DNA from: a virus
Taxonomy: Duplodnaviria > Caudoviricetes
Virus record (IMG/VR): IMGVR_UViG_3300008110_007313
Reading direction: 5' to 3' (one strand)
DNA length: 64,000 nucleotides
Part shown: positions 46,568 to 56,611 of the stretch, piece after piece
Position numbering within the stretch: position 1 is the stretch's first letter
How the letters are laid out: every line of letters starts with the position of its first letter
Notes under the pieces: generated by a model
Databases searched by the model: none
Told to the model about the DNA's origin: nothing
What the model saw: the letters and a program-made list of their open reading frames with translations, nothing else
Position numbers and translations under genes: made by a program

Positions 46568-49500
46568 TTATCCCATTACTGGAACTACTTCAACACCAGC
46601 TTGCATATTTTGCGGATTTCTACGTAACCAATCCATGGCCACACGGTTAGCGTCACCTTGGTTGTTGCCCACACCTGAGAATCGATAGATCACACGACCT
46701 TCAGGGCCAACTATTTGCCACTCGCCTGTGAATGTTTGTTGACCTTGTCCAGGACGAGTCAGTGTCTGTGGTACATTGTATGGTGATATGTCTGGTCCAA
46801 TGTCAATGATGCCACCTTGTGCTGCGTCTGTACCACCAACACCTTCGCGAGTTCTTACTTCAAAGTCAGCTTCGTTGTGACCGTTTTGTCTCAACCAAGT
46901 TCTTGATTGTGACTCTGCTTCAATAGGATTACTGCTTGGTGGGTTGTAATAAACTTGGTTGTTGTCTCGGTTAGCAACTTCCCAAGGTCCAGGACCACTT
47001 GGTGTTAGTGTGTCTATGTCTGGCGAAGTGTTAGCTGTAGCACGTTGACGTTGCAAGTCTAGTGTACTTCCTGGAATAGGTTCAGCTGGCTCAATCTCAC
47101 GCACTTCAATATCACTTCGCATGTTGGGACGTTCAGCACGTTGTTGTTCTATCCATTGTTCTGCGGCAGCACGAGTTGGGAATCTATAGAATGGTGGTGT
47201 TTCACTTCTCGAATATGACCCAGGTTGATTAGCAAAGCGATTAGAATTGATTATCCAGATACCCCAGTTGCCTTGATCTGTTGATGCAGCAGGCTGTTGT
47301 GCTTGGGGTTGACCAAGGCGTTGGGTAGGATCTTGTGCATACATCCACTCACCGCCGGGGTTGGCCGCGATCCATTGGCGTAATACACTAAATGCATCAT
47401 TGCTGTCTGCGGCTGCATAGCGATATACCGGTGTCTCTCGGTCTTGTCGATCAATAATAATCCACCTGCCGTTGGGATTGCTGGGACGACCGTTTAGTGT
47501 TGGACCTGCTGCCTCAGGTGTTTGTGGTTCCTGATATGGACGTAGGGGAGTAGCAGTCATGTCTCGGGCATTGCGCCAGTCTGGATATTCTTGTTTGCCT
47601 TTTTCAATGGCTTCTTCTTTGCTGCTAGCAACAACTTCAACGCTGGCAAAATATCCAGGTCGTGCCACGTTCCACCACATCTTGCCTGTGACTTTGCCCT
47701 TTTCAACATTGCGAGCCAACTGCTTTTCACGCACTTGTCGAATTAGTGCTGCTTTGTCCAGCTCACCTGCCGAGTAGTTGGCAAACAGTTGCAGCACATC
47801 TGGCCCGCCTTTTGTTTGACTGCCTTCTAGTAGCTTGTATAGCTTTTTCAAATATTCTTGACGATAGGCTTTGGGATCAATAGCAGCTGACAACGCCACA
47901 GTGAATCGCAACAAGGTGTTTTCAATCTTGTCAAAGTTAGCATCCAACCAGTCGCCACCTGGACTACGGAATTCAATGTAGCCAGTCTTGGTGTTAATAC
48001 TAGTGTATTTGTCTGTAGTACCTGAGTGGATGGCCTTGGTAGCAATATCTTCCATGTGCTCACGCATTTTGTCCATGACCTGCGGAGCAATATCAGGATT
48101 TCTTTGCAACATGGTTTTGATCTTGCCAATAGCTGATTTAGCATAGGTGTTGCCTGAACGCCCAAACAATTCCAGCACATATTCGTCGCCCATGAGCAAG
48201 GCCAGTTTGACATAGTCCAGCTTGGCAAGAGTGTAGTTGGGCACACTGATGTTGATGTGCAGGCCAGTTGAATCGTTGGTGTAGCAACCTTCTCGCTTGG
48301 CCCAGGCTTTGACCTTGTTTAGGTCAGAGATCATTTCATCTATGGGCATGGGTGGGCTTACAAATTCCAGACCGCCATCACCAGGATTGTCGCCTTCTAG
48401 GCTACCATCAGGCTCTACCACATAGTGTCCGGCTTCACGTCGGCCACCATGATACTGTCTGCTGGCATTTACAGGCTTACCAATAGAGTTACTAAAATCA
48501 TCAGCCACTTGATCTATATCCATTTCACCATCTTGGCCATCATTGATGTCGTAGTAGTGAGGCCAACTAATATCAAAGTTGCTTTGAATGTCACTCATAG
48601 TTTGATACTTGTCATCCAAGAAACTGCGCTCGTCGTATTCTTCGTCTTGTTCGTCTGAAAACTCTTCAAATGCTTGATCGTGTATGCGGCCACGATCTTC
48701 AAATGCAGTATCGGCGAATTCAGTCTCCATTTCGTTCAGTCTAGCACTCAGCAATTCTGTGAATTCTTCCGACTCCGGTGGCAGATCTGGGTTGGCATCC
48801 ATAATTTCATCACGAGCCTGTGCCATGGCTTCGTCGCGATCAAACAGGTCGTTGTTAGCAACATAGTCCCGCACATAGTCTGCACCATCGCGTTCCCAAG
48901 CTTCAGCTATTTGTTCTTGTTTCCATTCCTGATATTCCCCGTCAAGTTCTTCAATCAGTCGGTCAGCGTCCCGACGGCTGTTATAGTCCCCGTCATAGAA
49001 AAAGTCTCGCACATCACCAAAACTACGACTGCGTTGATCCTGATCCCAGTCTGGTTCGTATTCGGGTTCTAGATCTTGTTCGATGTTGGGCACAATCATT
49101 TCAAATTCCATACCAGCTATGGCACCAGTCTTGGCAGCTTCAGCTCGCAGGTTCTTGCCAGTCATTTTGATTTCGCCTAGGAACTCATCTTCCAGCAAGG
49201 CAAATTCTTGACGCAAGCTTTCTACTAGTTCATCTTCGTCTGTATTTTGGCGAATTTTTGTCAGCTCAAATTCTACTTTGTCATCATGGTCAAAACTTCT
49301 AGCTTGATATCCCCAAGTTCCGGCATAACGCTGAACCAGTTTGTTGTATAACTTGGATCTGCTGCCTGTAGGATCGTCTTCCTTTACCGCAGAGAAACTT
49401 ATGTTTGCTGGCTGTTCCTGTTTTAAAAACTGTTGAATAGCGGCCAACACTGTGGCAAATATGCGTTGTGCATCACCTTCGCCTGTGACTTCTTGGCTGT

Positions 49501-51850
49501 TGTTTCTCCAAAAAGAAACAGCAACTTCATAGGGAGTAGTGTGCTCAAACATTATGCTCAAGTGCGTACCATCGTCCAGTGTAGCCAGTGCATCATAATC
49601 TCCGTACTCGCTTTTTTCCCATTTGATAGGATAAGGTTGATCAAATGTTTCGGACACATTGTAAGTAGGATCTGTCTTGATCTTGCGCATGCCTGGGGGT
49701 TGCGTAGGATCAGCAGGATCGATATCAGTAACATCCAGCCCTGTGGCTTTGAGATCCTTGATAAACTTGTGTTCAGTTTCTTCATCGCCAAACGAAATAA
49801 CTGAACTTGGTGGTCCTGCGCCAAAGTCGTGCTTGCCCAGACCCTTCATGTTTGAAATATGCTGACCCAGTTTGTACCAGTCATACATGTCGCTGACATC
49901 AATTCGCACTGTGCCAGCAGGCATAGTAGGCGGCGTTTCAGGTCCCAGGGGTTGATTCAAATCTCTATACTTTCCCTGTCCTTGACTGGGCTGTGGCATG
50001 CGACCTTCGCGCAAGTTGGCAGTCTTCATCAGCAGTGCTGGACGACCTTGAGCATCAGTTTTCAACGACATTTTGTTGGCATTCTTGCCTGTAGCACCTG
50101 GACGAACATCGGGGCTAAGAGCCATCACAAAGCGTGGATCATTCTTTTCGGCATCAGTGGGAATGTAACCAGATGCTTCCGCAATGTCTTCGCGTTGATA
50201 CTGATTGCCCGTCCAAGGTTGTTGCTGTGGTTGTTGACGTTGTTGTTGACGTTGTTGTAGTTGCCAAACACGGCTTTGATTCTGTGCTCCGGGATCTCCT
50301 TGTTGAGCCCGTATGTAATTTTTAAATTCTTGATTGAGTTCTTCTTCAGCACCAGCACGAGTCACATTGTGTTTGAGTCTGTATAAGGTACGAGCAACGT
50401 TGAGTATCTGTATTGGATTTAGTTGCCCTTGTTGTTGAACCTGTGGCTGTTGATCTTGTGGCAAGTAGTCTTGTGCCTGTGCGGGGGACATAGCCACCGC
50501 CGCAGCCAAGGCAGCAGCAGCGCCGGCTCGACTCATAACGCCTTCGTCAATTTCTTGACGCATGAACAATTCTGGATGAGCATCAGCATAGTCACGCATG
50601 ACAATGCCGGCTATGGCATGCGCTTCGTTTTCATAATCGCTGCCGGTATCTCCGGCATCATCGGGTAGAGATTCACGTTGATTTTGAGCACAATGAGCTA
50701 ATTCGTGTGCAGTGGTCCGCAGGATGTCCAAGAGATGACGATTGCCCAGACTCACATGTAGCTCATGTGATTCGGGTTTGTACATTCCAAAACTCTTGTT
50801 TTGTTGACTCCATTCAGGATCACGATGCAGTTCTACTCGTGGCAGGCGTTGTATGCCTAATTTTTCAGCGGTGTCTTTGATAAAGTTTTGTACAATATCT
50901 TCATGGTCTTGGTCAGTTTCACTGAGGAATTCTTGAGTGTCTGGGCTCACGCCGTCCCAGGTACTTTGAGCTCCTGCATCACCAATGGCGCTGCCTTGAG
51001 CCATGCCGGTGTTATCTTCGTACATGCTTTCGCCGCCGCCATCGCCACCTCCGGCGTCCCCTTCGCTGCCAAATCCAAACCCAGGATACCAGTAACCGCC
51101 AAGTCCATAGCGCACTTTTTTCTTCTTTTTCTTGCGCTCTTGTAAACTGAGTTCAGCATCTCTAGCAGCGTTACGAGCGTCGATCAGTTTCTTGATATAG
51201 CCTTGATTGCGCAGAACTTTGAAAGCCAAGTTGTCAGACCCGTACTCGCCTTGTTGTTCGAGACCCGACTGTCTCATTGTTTTGATCTTTTTGTGCAGAT
51301 CTGTGATGCGTTGATAATCGTTGGATTTTACAGCATCATCTATCCTTGCTGCAAGATCTTCAACTTTACTGTGAACGCTGACATCATCTATTTCAGGTTT
51401 TCTGCGCTTGGGCACAGATACCCAGTTATTTTTTGACAAGCTGTAGATGCCCTGACTGTGATGTTCTTGATTGGGATCTTGTACATAGAGTTCAACATCG
51501 TACCCGCCTATTTTGATATTGTGCATGTCGTTGTACTGATACTTTTTAGCATCAAACAACTCGCGAAATACTTCACTACTGTCGGCTTCGGGTAAGTCTA
51601 CTACAAGATGTAGATCAATATCGCTGTTGGGGGTGTAGTTGTAGGCAGCATTGGATCCTGACACAGTGATGTCTTTGACATCAAGATCAGGTACGCCTAA
51701 AAATTCTTGGAAATCTGCTGCTATTTCCAGCAGTTTGCTTTTTACTTCAGAACGCAGGTGTTCGTTTTCGTCCCACAACCGGGGATTTAACCGGTTATGG
51801 AACTTTACTGAATCGCTGAGGCGGTAATTGTCTAACTCTGTGATATTCAT
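46568..51850 (-). CDS. 1760-aa multidomain protein: Pol-beta-type NTase, zincin, putative amidoligase and C-terminal repeats
   Basis: GSNAAYNY...SDIDLH; TAHELAH; GMEFEM...EPDGSL...LEFVSPP...TGLHIN...IEFRSPGG; five W-containing repeats. Confidence 0.85.
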   Translation of the reverse strand: MNITELDNYRLSDSVKFHNRLNPRLWDENEHLRSEVKSKLLEIAADFQEFLGVPDLDVKDITVSGSNAAYNYTPNSDIDLHLVVDLPEADSSEVFRELFDAKKYQYNDMHNIKIGGYDVELYVQDPNQEHHSQGIYSLSKNNWVSVPKRRKPEIDDVSVHSKVEDLAARIDDAVKSNDYQRITDLHKKIKTMRQSGLEQQGEYGSDNLAFKVLRNQGYIKKLIDARNAARDAELSLQERKKKKKKVRYGLGGYWYPGFGFGSEGDAGGGDGGGESMYEDNTGMAQGSAIGDAGAQSTWDGVSPDTQEFLSETDQDHEDIVQNFIKDTAEKLGIQRLPRVELHRDPEWSQQNKSFGMYKPESHELHVSLGNRHLLDILRTTAHELAHCAQNQRESLPDDAGDTGSDYENEAHAIAGIVMRDYADAHPELFMRQEIDEGVMSRAGAAAALAAAVAMSPAQAQDYLPQDQQPQVQQQGQLNPIQILNVARTLYRLKHNVTRAGAEEELNQEFKNYIRAQQGDPGAQNQSRVWQLQQRQQQRQQPQQQPWTGNQYQREDIAEASGYIPTDAEKNDPRFVMALSPDVRPGATGKNANKMSLKTDAQGRPALLMKTANLREGRMPQPSQGQGKYRDLNQPLGPETPPTMPAGTVRIDVSDMYDWYKLGQHISNMKGLGKHDFGAGPPSSVISFGDEETEHKFIKDLKATGLDVTDIDPADPTQPPGMRKIKTDPTYNVSETFDQPYPIKWEKSEYGDYDALATLDDGTHLSIMFEHTTPYEVAVSFWRNNSQEVTGEGDAQRIFATVLAAIQQFLKQEQPANISFSAVKEDDPTGSRSKLYNKLVQRYAGTWGYQARSFDHDDKVEFELTKIRQNTDEDELVESLRQEFALLEDEFLGEIKMTGKNLRAEAAKTGAIAGMEFEMIVPNIEQDLEPEYEPDWDQDQRSRSFGDVRDFFYDGDYNSRRDADRLIEELDGEYQEWKQEQIAEAWERDGADYVRDYVANNDLFDRDEAMAQARDEIMDANPDLPPESEEFTELLSARLNEMETEFADTAFEDRGRIHDQAFEEFSDEQDEEYDERSFLDDKYQTMSDIQSNFDISWPHYYDINDGQDGEMDIDQVADDFSNSIGKPVNASRQYHGGRREAGHYVVEPDGSLEGDNPGDGGLEFVSPPMPIDEMISDLNKVKAWAKREGCYTNDSTGLHINISVPNYTLAKLDYVKLALLMGDEYVLELFGRSGNTYAKSAIGKIKTMLQRNPDIAPQVMDKMREHMEDIATKAIHSGTTDKYTSINTKTGYIEFRSPGGDWLDANFDKIENTLLRFTVALSAAIDPKAYRQEYLKKLYKLLEGSQTKGGPDVLQLFANYSAGELDKAALIRQVREKQLARNVEKGKVTGKMWWNVARPGYFASVEVVASSKEEAIEKGKQEYPDWRNARDMTATPLRPYQEPQTPEAAGPTLNGRPSNPNGRWIIIDRQDRETPVYRYAAADSNDAFSVLRQWIAANPGGEWMYAQDPTQRLGQPQAQQPAASTDQGNWGIWIINSNRFANQPGSYSRSETPPFYRFPTRAAAEQWIEQQRAERPNMRSDIEVREIEPAEPIPGSTLDLQRQRATANTSPDIDTLTPSGPGPWEVANRDNNQVYYNPPSSNPIEAESQSRTWLRQNGHNEADFEVRTREGVGGTDAAQGGIIDIGPDISPYNVPQTLTRPGQGQQTFTGEWQIVGPEGRVIYRFSGVGNNQGDANRVAMDWLRRNPQNMQAGVEVVPVMG

Positions 51851-51875
51851 AACAGAGTATTTACCGCAGTTTGTG

Positions 51876-52757
51876 TTAGGCTGCTTTCTTGCTAGAAGCC
51901 AGAACTTCTGTTTCTACAGCAGGTGTAGGCTCTGCAGCCAAGGCATGTGGGGTACCAGCGGCTGGTGCAACAGTGGGGTCTACAGCCTGTGGCATACTTT
52001 TTGGCAGTTGCCCGGCCTGTGCCATAGCGTGCAGATCTTGATAGAGCTTTTCGTGTGTGCCAAAATCAAAGGTGTATGTGCCCACGTGGCGCAACAGCAC
52101 ACGCTTGTCCACAAATACTTGGCCACCAATGTCGCGCCAGTTTTCACAGAATGTCCAGTCTTCTGAGTAGTAACGTCCTTCGCGAACTGCGGTGTCAAAG
52201 TAGGTTTTCATGTGTACGTTGAGTGCAGGGTCAAGACCAATGTCGTTGGTAAATGGCTTCACAGCAGGGTGAGCATTGAGTTTTTCAAAAACTTCGCGTT
52301 TCATCAACAAGAAGCCTGTGCCTGTTTTTGTAACTTCAATCAAGCCCGATGGATCATCTTCAGGAGCACCTGGGATGCCATTTACGCACCATTTAACAGG
52401 CAAGCTCTTCATTGGGTACAAGCCGCCCACAACATCTTTGTCATGATTCAGCAAGGCCAGTAAGTGCCAGGGCTCCCAGCCAATATCAGCATCAATGAAC
52501 ATCAGGTGTGTTGAGCCTTCGGTGTTCAAAAACTTGGCGGTGAGTGTGTTTCGAGCACGACTAATTAGACTTTCATTGGTCATTGTTTCCACAGTCCAAT
52601 CAATGCCCAGTTGTCGGCAAGTATTACCCCATTTGATAAAACTCATAAAGGTCTGCTCAGTGAGCTGGCCTCCATAACAAGGCATACAGATATGTACTCG
52701 AGTGGTACGCAGATAATCGAGGTTAACTTGAATTTGTTGTTGCTGTGATTCAGCCAT
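51876..52757 (-). CDS. GT-A-fold glycosyltransferase-like protein
   Basis: SLISRARN, FIDADIGW, GTGFLLMKREVF, SEDWTFC. Confidence 0.8.
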   Translation of the reverse strand: MAESQQQQIQVNLDYLRTTRVHICMPCYGGQLTEQTFMSFIKWGNTCRQLGIDWTVETMTNESLISRARNTLTAKFLNTEGSTHLMFIDADIGWEPWHLLALLNHDKDVVGGLYPMKSLPVKWCVNGIPGAPEDDPSGLIEVTKTGTGFLLMKREVFEKLNAHPAVKPFTNDIGLDPALNVHMKTYFDTAVREGRYYSEDWTFCENWRDIGGQVFVDKRVLLRHVGTYTFDFGTHEKLYQDLHAMAQAGQLPKSMPQAVDPTVAPAAGTPHALAAEPTPAVETEVLASSKKAA

Positions 52758-52811
52758 TGGGATCTCCAGTAAAATTGTAGCAATATTTAATGCTAGCGGC
52801 CAGCAGCGGCA

Positions 52812-54026
52812 TTATTTTAACACACCGGCCTGTTGTACAGATTGATATAAATTGGGTAAAGTAGTGCGCCAATCAAGAGATCTGCGTTGGTCCAATTGAT
52901 GCAACCGATCAATCCATTGATTGTTACCGTTGGCAGATTGCAAACTGCTCGATATTAACTGTGCTACAGCATCTGATTGAGAAGAAAATTCCCGCAGTAA
53001 TTGTTCTTTGAGTGCAAGACTGGCAGTGTCAATACCCAGTAGTCCTACTACCAATTGATAGGTATTGTGTATCTTGATTCTTTCTTGATAAGGTTGAGTA
53101 AACTTCACCCACCAATCTTGTGTTTGTTGAGCAAGATGTACATTGTGTATTCCCAGTGCAGTGGACATGACCACATGGTCAAATCCAAGTTCAATGACTT
53201 TTTGAATGTTTTCAGTTACAGTGTTCCATTTCAGTGGATACCGTATGTATTCAAACTGCGGTCCTGTGCCGTCTATACTAAAATACACAGTGACATGAGC
53301 AGCTTGTTTGAGCAATGCAATCATCTCATCTGACGGCATGCAACTGCCATTCATGTTGAAGCCCACATCAATTTGATTTAGTTTACCCAAATCAGACAGT
53401 TTTTGTAAAATTTTTACAGGGTCTTGACTCAGCACCGGCTCACCGCCGTTGAAATACACACGAACAATGTTTTCAAAGTTTATATGATCAATTATGTTGT
53501 TGTCGCGAGCAGTGGCAGCACTGCGACTGATAGGAAATGCAGTATCTGAAAATTTTTGATCTTCTGCTAACCAGGAACTACTGTGATAGTTGCTGCAAAT
53601 AATACATTTGGCATTGCAAATGGGCTCAACATTCCAGTCGAGATTTTGCAAACCTGGTTGTTGATATTGAGAATAAAATTCAATACTACTGATCCTTAAA
53701 CTGCGTCCAGTGTACTTTTCTTGATTCCAACATACTGAGCATTCTTTGCTGGCAATGCCGGCTTGATTTTCTTGTCTGAGTCGCAGCAAAAATGGATTAG
53801 TATCAAAGTTCACCTGATCATTAGAACAAGATTGGCCTTGAGCTGCACAACAGGGTGCAACCACGCTGGTGTCAGCATCACGCCGCTCCACGTACATGCT
53901 TTTGAATATTGCAGGACAGTAATAAGGATTATTTTTTTCTTCCAGCACAGTGAGCTCTTTGACTGAATCCTTGTGGGCGATCGCAATTGATTGATTGTTT
54001 GTACTTGTCACTCCATTTTTCATCAA
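52812..54026 (-). CDS. Radical SAM/SPASM-like protein (paralog 3); true start probably nearer 53950
   Basis: YYCP...PCC...CSVCW, CNAKCIIC, NGGEP. Confidence 0.85.
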   Translation of the reverse strand: MMKNGVTSTNNQSIAIAHKDSVKELTVLEEKNNPYYCPAIFKSMYVERRDADTSVVAPCCAAQGQSCSNDQVNFDTNPFLLRLRQENQAGIASKECSVCWNQEKYTGRSLRISSIEFYSQYQQPGLQNLDWNVEPICNAKCIICSNYHSSSWLAEDQKFSDTAFPISRSAATARDNNIIDHINFENIVRVYFNGGEPVLSQDPVKILQKLSDLGKLNQIDVGFNMNGSCMPSDEMIALLKQAAHVTVYFSIDGTGPQFEYIRYPLKWNTVTENIQKVIELGFDHVVMSTALGIHNVHLAQQTQDWWVKFTQPYQERIKIHNTYQLVVGLLGIDTASLALKEQLLREFSSQSDAVAQLISSSLQSANGNNQWIDRLHQLDQRRSLDWRTTLPNLYQSVQQAGVLK

Positions 54027-56598
54027 TGTAATCTTCGTTTGTGGGTTGATCTTTTGTCTTAATATGATTTACAACTGCAGGAGTTTTTTTCTTGTCGGGA
54101 GCAACATACACATTCTGTTTAGTCTGTGTCTGTGTGTTTTGTATTCTCAATGACTTTGCTACTGGTTCTACTTTGATGTTTTCTGCTTCAGTTACACGTG
54201 GTGCTCGACGGAGATAATTTACAGCCATGCTCAACGCCTGGCCCACTGCAACAGTGGGCTTTTTACCAGGTACAGCATCGGCCACTACCACTCGCAGTTT
54301 GACCTTGCCGCTGGGCAACACATCGACCACTTTGGCATGTACCCGTTGATGATTAGAAAAGTTCTTGGTCAGGTCTAACACTTGTCCTGTGGACTCTTCC
54401 AAGGTAGCAGCCCAGCCTTGGTTTTCCCCTACAGCAGACTCTGCAGCAGTACCAATCAGATGCTTTGCATCGCCTGCCTTTTCCCAAGCGGCCCACATTG
54501 CTTTGCCTTGACTTGTTTGATTATAACTGGCTCGAATATCATTGCCTAACATTTTAGCATACGCATACATTGTGGATGCAATGCCTTTGTTTCTATATGC
54601 TGGATCAACCTCAGTGCCGCCACTTTCTAAGTAATCTGCGGATGGCATTCTTCTTCCGCCCGGAGATCTTACAATTATTTCAAATAGGATATGACCTATT
54701 TCCTTATTGCCGTCATAGGCTTTGATCCACAACAATGGAGCACCTTCAAAGTCCTCAGCGGTTGCTGTGTAAGTGTAATCACCAATTTTTTGTTTGTGTT
54801 TGAATCTTGGATTGAGTATGGCCGAGTTTATTGTTTCCGCCACACCTTGCGGTTGTGTTGCATTTACTTTATAGAACGGCTCAGAACCAAGTTTAGCAAG
54901 AAATGCATTAACACGTTTTTTAAATTCATCTGGGTTTGCACTAACCTCAGAATGTCCCATTGGCTGTAAATCTTTGTTGATGATTGCATCACCGGTCTTT
55001 TTCATAAAAGGTATTTGCGCTTCTACACTAGATAAATCGCCTAAAGCATTGTTTAGTCTAGCTGCACCGAGTGCTAACATTTTGCTGCCGTAAAATTTGT
55101 TAATTGAGTCTTCGCCGCCCTTGTTCAACCAGCCCGAAGAGTGCCGGCCAAACACAGGATACCACTTACCTGTTGGAACCGAAGCCTTGCCGCCGCCACC
55201 AGTACTAATATAATAAGGAACGTTAACACCGAGAACATTCATAACTACCATGATTCTGTCACCGGTGTTAACTACTTTGGCAGTACCTTTAGGATTAGTG
55301 GAAGAAGTAAATACAGGCAAGTCCACCAGACCTGATAGTTTATCTGCGTATTCAAGGCCTTCTGTCACACCTTCGTCATACTCATCACGACCCCAGGGTT
55401 CGCCGTATATCTTTTCCCAGTCTTGGTTGAGCGGTAGATCATTTTCCTGCCAGTATGAACCCAGTTGATCCTTTAACTGTGTGTCGCCTTGCAGGTATGC
55501 ATCAAACCCTGTCTTTAGTCCTTTTAAGAAACCATCACGAACTTGCTCAAAATGTGCTATGTCAGCTGCCTGACTTTGCAGTGTGCCAGCTTGTGCTAAG
55601 TCTTGTTTGGTCCATCCAGCATCTATTAGGTCCTGTAGTTCTTCTTGTTTTTGCTGGGAGAAATCATTGACAAAGTTTGCAGTAACAGCGTAATAACTTG
55701 AAGCAGAATCGCCGCCGGGTGCAAATTCATTTAGAGAGCCTTCCGCTACACCTTGGTCACCTCGACCAACCAATCTAATTAGATAACCTTGTTTGAAATG
55801 CACTGGATGATACATGACCACATTCATAGTACTGTCGTTATTCCAGGATATTTTTACATCGCCGCCAGCTGCGCGAATTTTGCCCATTATGTTTTCTATC
55901 TCTTGCTTGTTCTTATTAGGACCATACAAGGCATTGCCAAGATCATCTGCTAGTTGTAACAAATATGACTTTTCGTCTCCGCCATCGCCACTGGACGGAG
56001 CAAACTCGTTTAGTTCTGTGCCCATAGCTGTGTCTAATAGTTTGACCACTGTGGCAGCTAGTTTGGGATTGGCTTGTGTTCGGGGATACAGACTCATCAC
56101 AAGAGCCTGTTTTCGTTTGTCATTTAGCCGGGGCCATGCACCACGAATCTCTGTGGCCGATGTCATACCAGGACCAAACTCCACTGTGGGCAGGTAGGCC
56201 ATATAGGCATGTTGAGCAAACGGCTCAACATTTTTGCCTGTCCAGGGCTGTAGGTAACTGGGACTGCCATCTTTCTTTACCCCGCCTGGTCGTGGAGGCG
56301 ACCCACGATCTTTGTCACTGCGCACAAAGATCAGGGTATCTTGCTCAGGATTGTATCGGGCTGTTACTTCTTCGGCCTTGAACGGGCTTTTGACCTGGAC
56401 AAATCTGTTGGGTGCAACACCAGCTAGCTTGGCTAATTTTTCTTTGATTGCAAACGGAAATGGTCTAGCACTGGTGTCGTTGGTGGCCGCAACATAAACG
56501 TCAGCGTCGGGAAACGCATCTACTGCACTTTTGTACAGTGCATAGTGTCCTGCGTGAAACGGATGAAACCCACCGGGCATGATTACAATTGTGGTCAT
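53929..56598 (-). CDS. 889-aa modular protein: HxGH nucleotidyltransferase, unknown modules, GNAT and a basic Cys tail
   Basis: PGGFHPFHAGH; EVDPAYRNKGIAS (GNAT motif A); repeated GV(A/T)E and LNEFAP linkers; KWSDKYKQSINC...HCAGRKK. Confidence 0.85.
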   Translation of the reverse strand: MTTIVIMPGGFHPFHAGHYALYKSAVDAFPDADVYVAATNDTSARPFPFAIKEKLAKLAGVAPNRFVQVKSPFKAEEVTARYNPEQDTLIFVRSDKDRGSPPRPGGVKKDGSPSYLQPWTGKNVEPFAQHAYMAYLPTVEFGPGMTSATEIRGAWPRLNDKRKQALVMSLYPRTQANPKLAATVVKLLDTAMGTELNEFAPSSGDGGDEKSYLLQLADDLGNALYGPNKNKQEIENIMGKIRAAGGDVKISWNNDSTMNVVMYHPVHFKQGYLIRLVGRGDQGVAEGSLNEFAPGGDSASSYYAVTANFVNDFSQQKQEELQDLIDAGWTKQDLAQAGTLQSQAADIAHFEQVRDGFLKGLKTGFDAYLQGDTQLKDQLGSYWQENDLPLNQDWEKIYGEPWGRDEYDEGVTEGLEYADKLSGLVDLPVFTSSTNPKGTAKVVNTGDRIMVVMNVLGVNVPYYISTGGGGKASVPTGKWYPVFGRHSSGWLNKGGEDSINKFYGSKMLALGAARLNNALGDLSSVEAQIPFMKKTGDAIINKDLQPMGHSEVSANPDEFKKRVNAFLAKLGSEPFYKVNATQPQGVAETINSAILNPRFKHKQKIGDYTYTATAEDFEGAPLLWIKAYDGNKEIGHILFEIIVRSPGGRRMPSADYLESGGTEVDPAYRNKGIASTMYAYAKMLGNDIRASYNQTSQGKAMWAAWEKAGDAKHLIGTAAESAVGENQGWAATLEESTGQVLDLTKNFSNHQRVHAKVVDVLPSGKVKLRVVVADAVPGKKPTVAVGQALSMAVNYLRRAPRVTEAENIKVEPVAKSLRIQNTQTQTKQNVYVAPDKKKTPAVVNHIKTKDQPTNEDYIDEKWSDKYKQSINCDRPQGFSQRAHCAGRKK

Positions 56599-56611
56599 GC
56601 CTGTATTTAGT

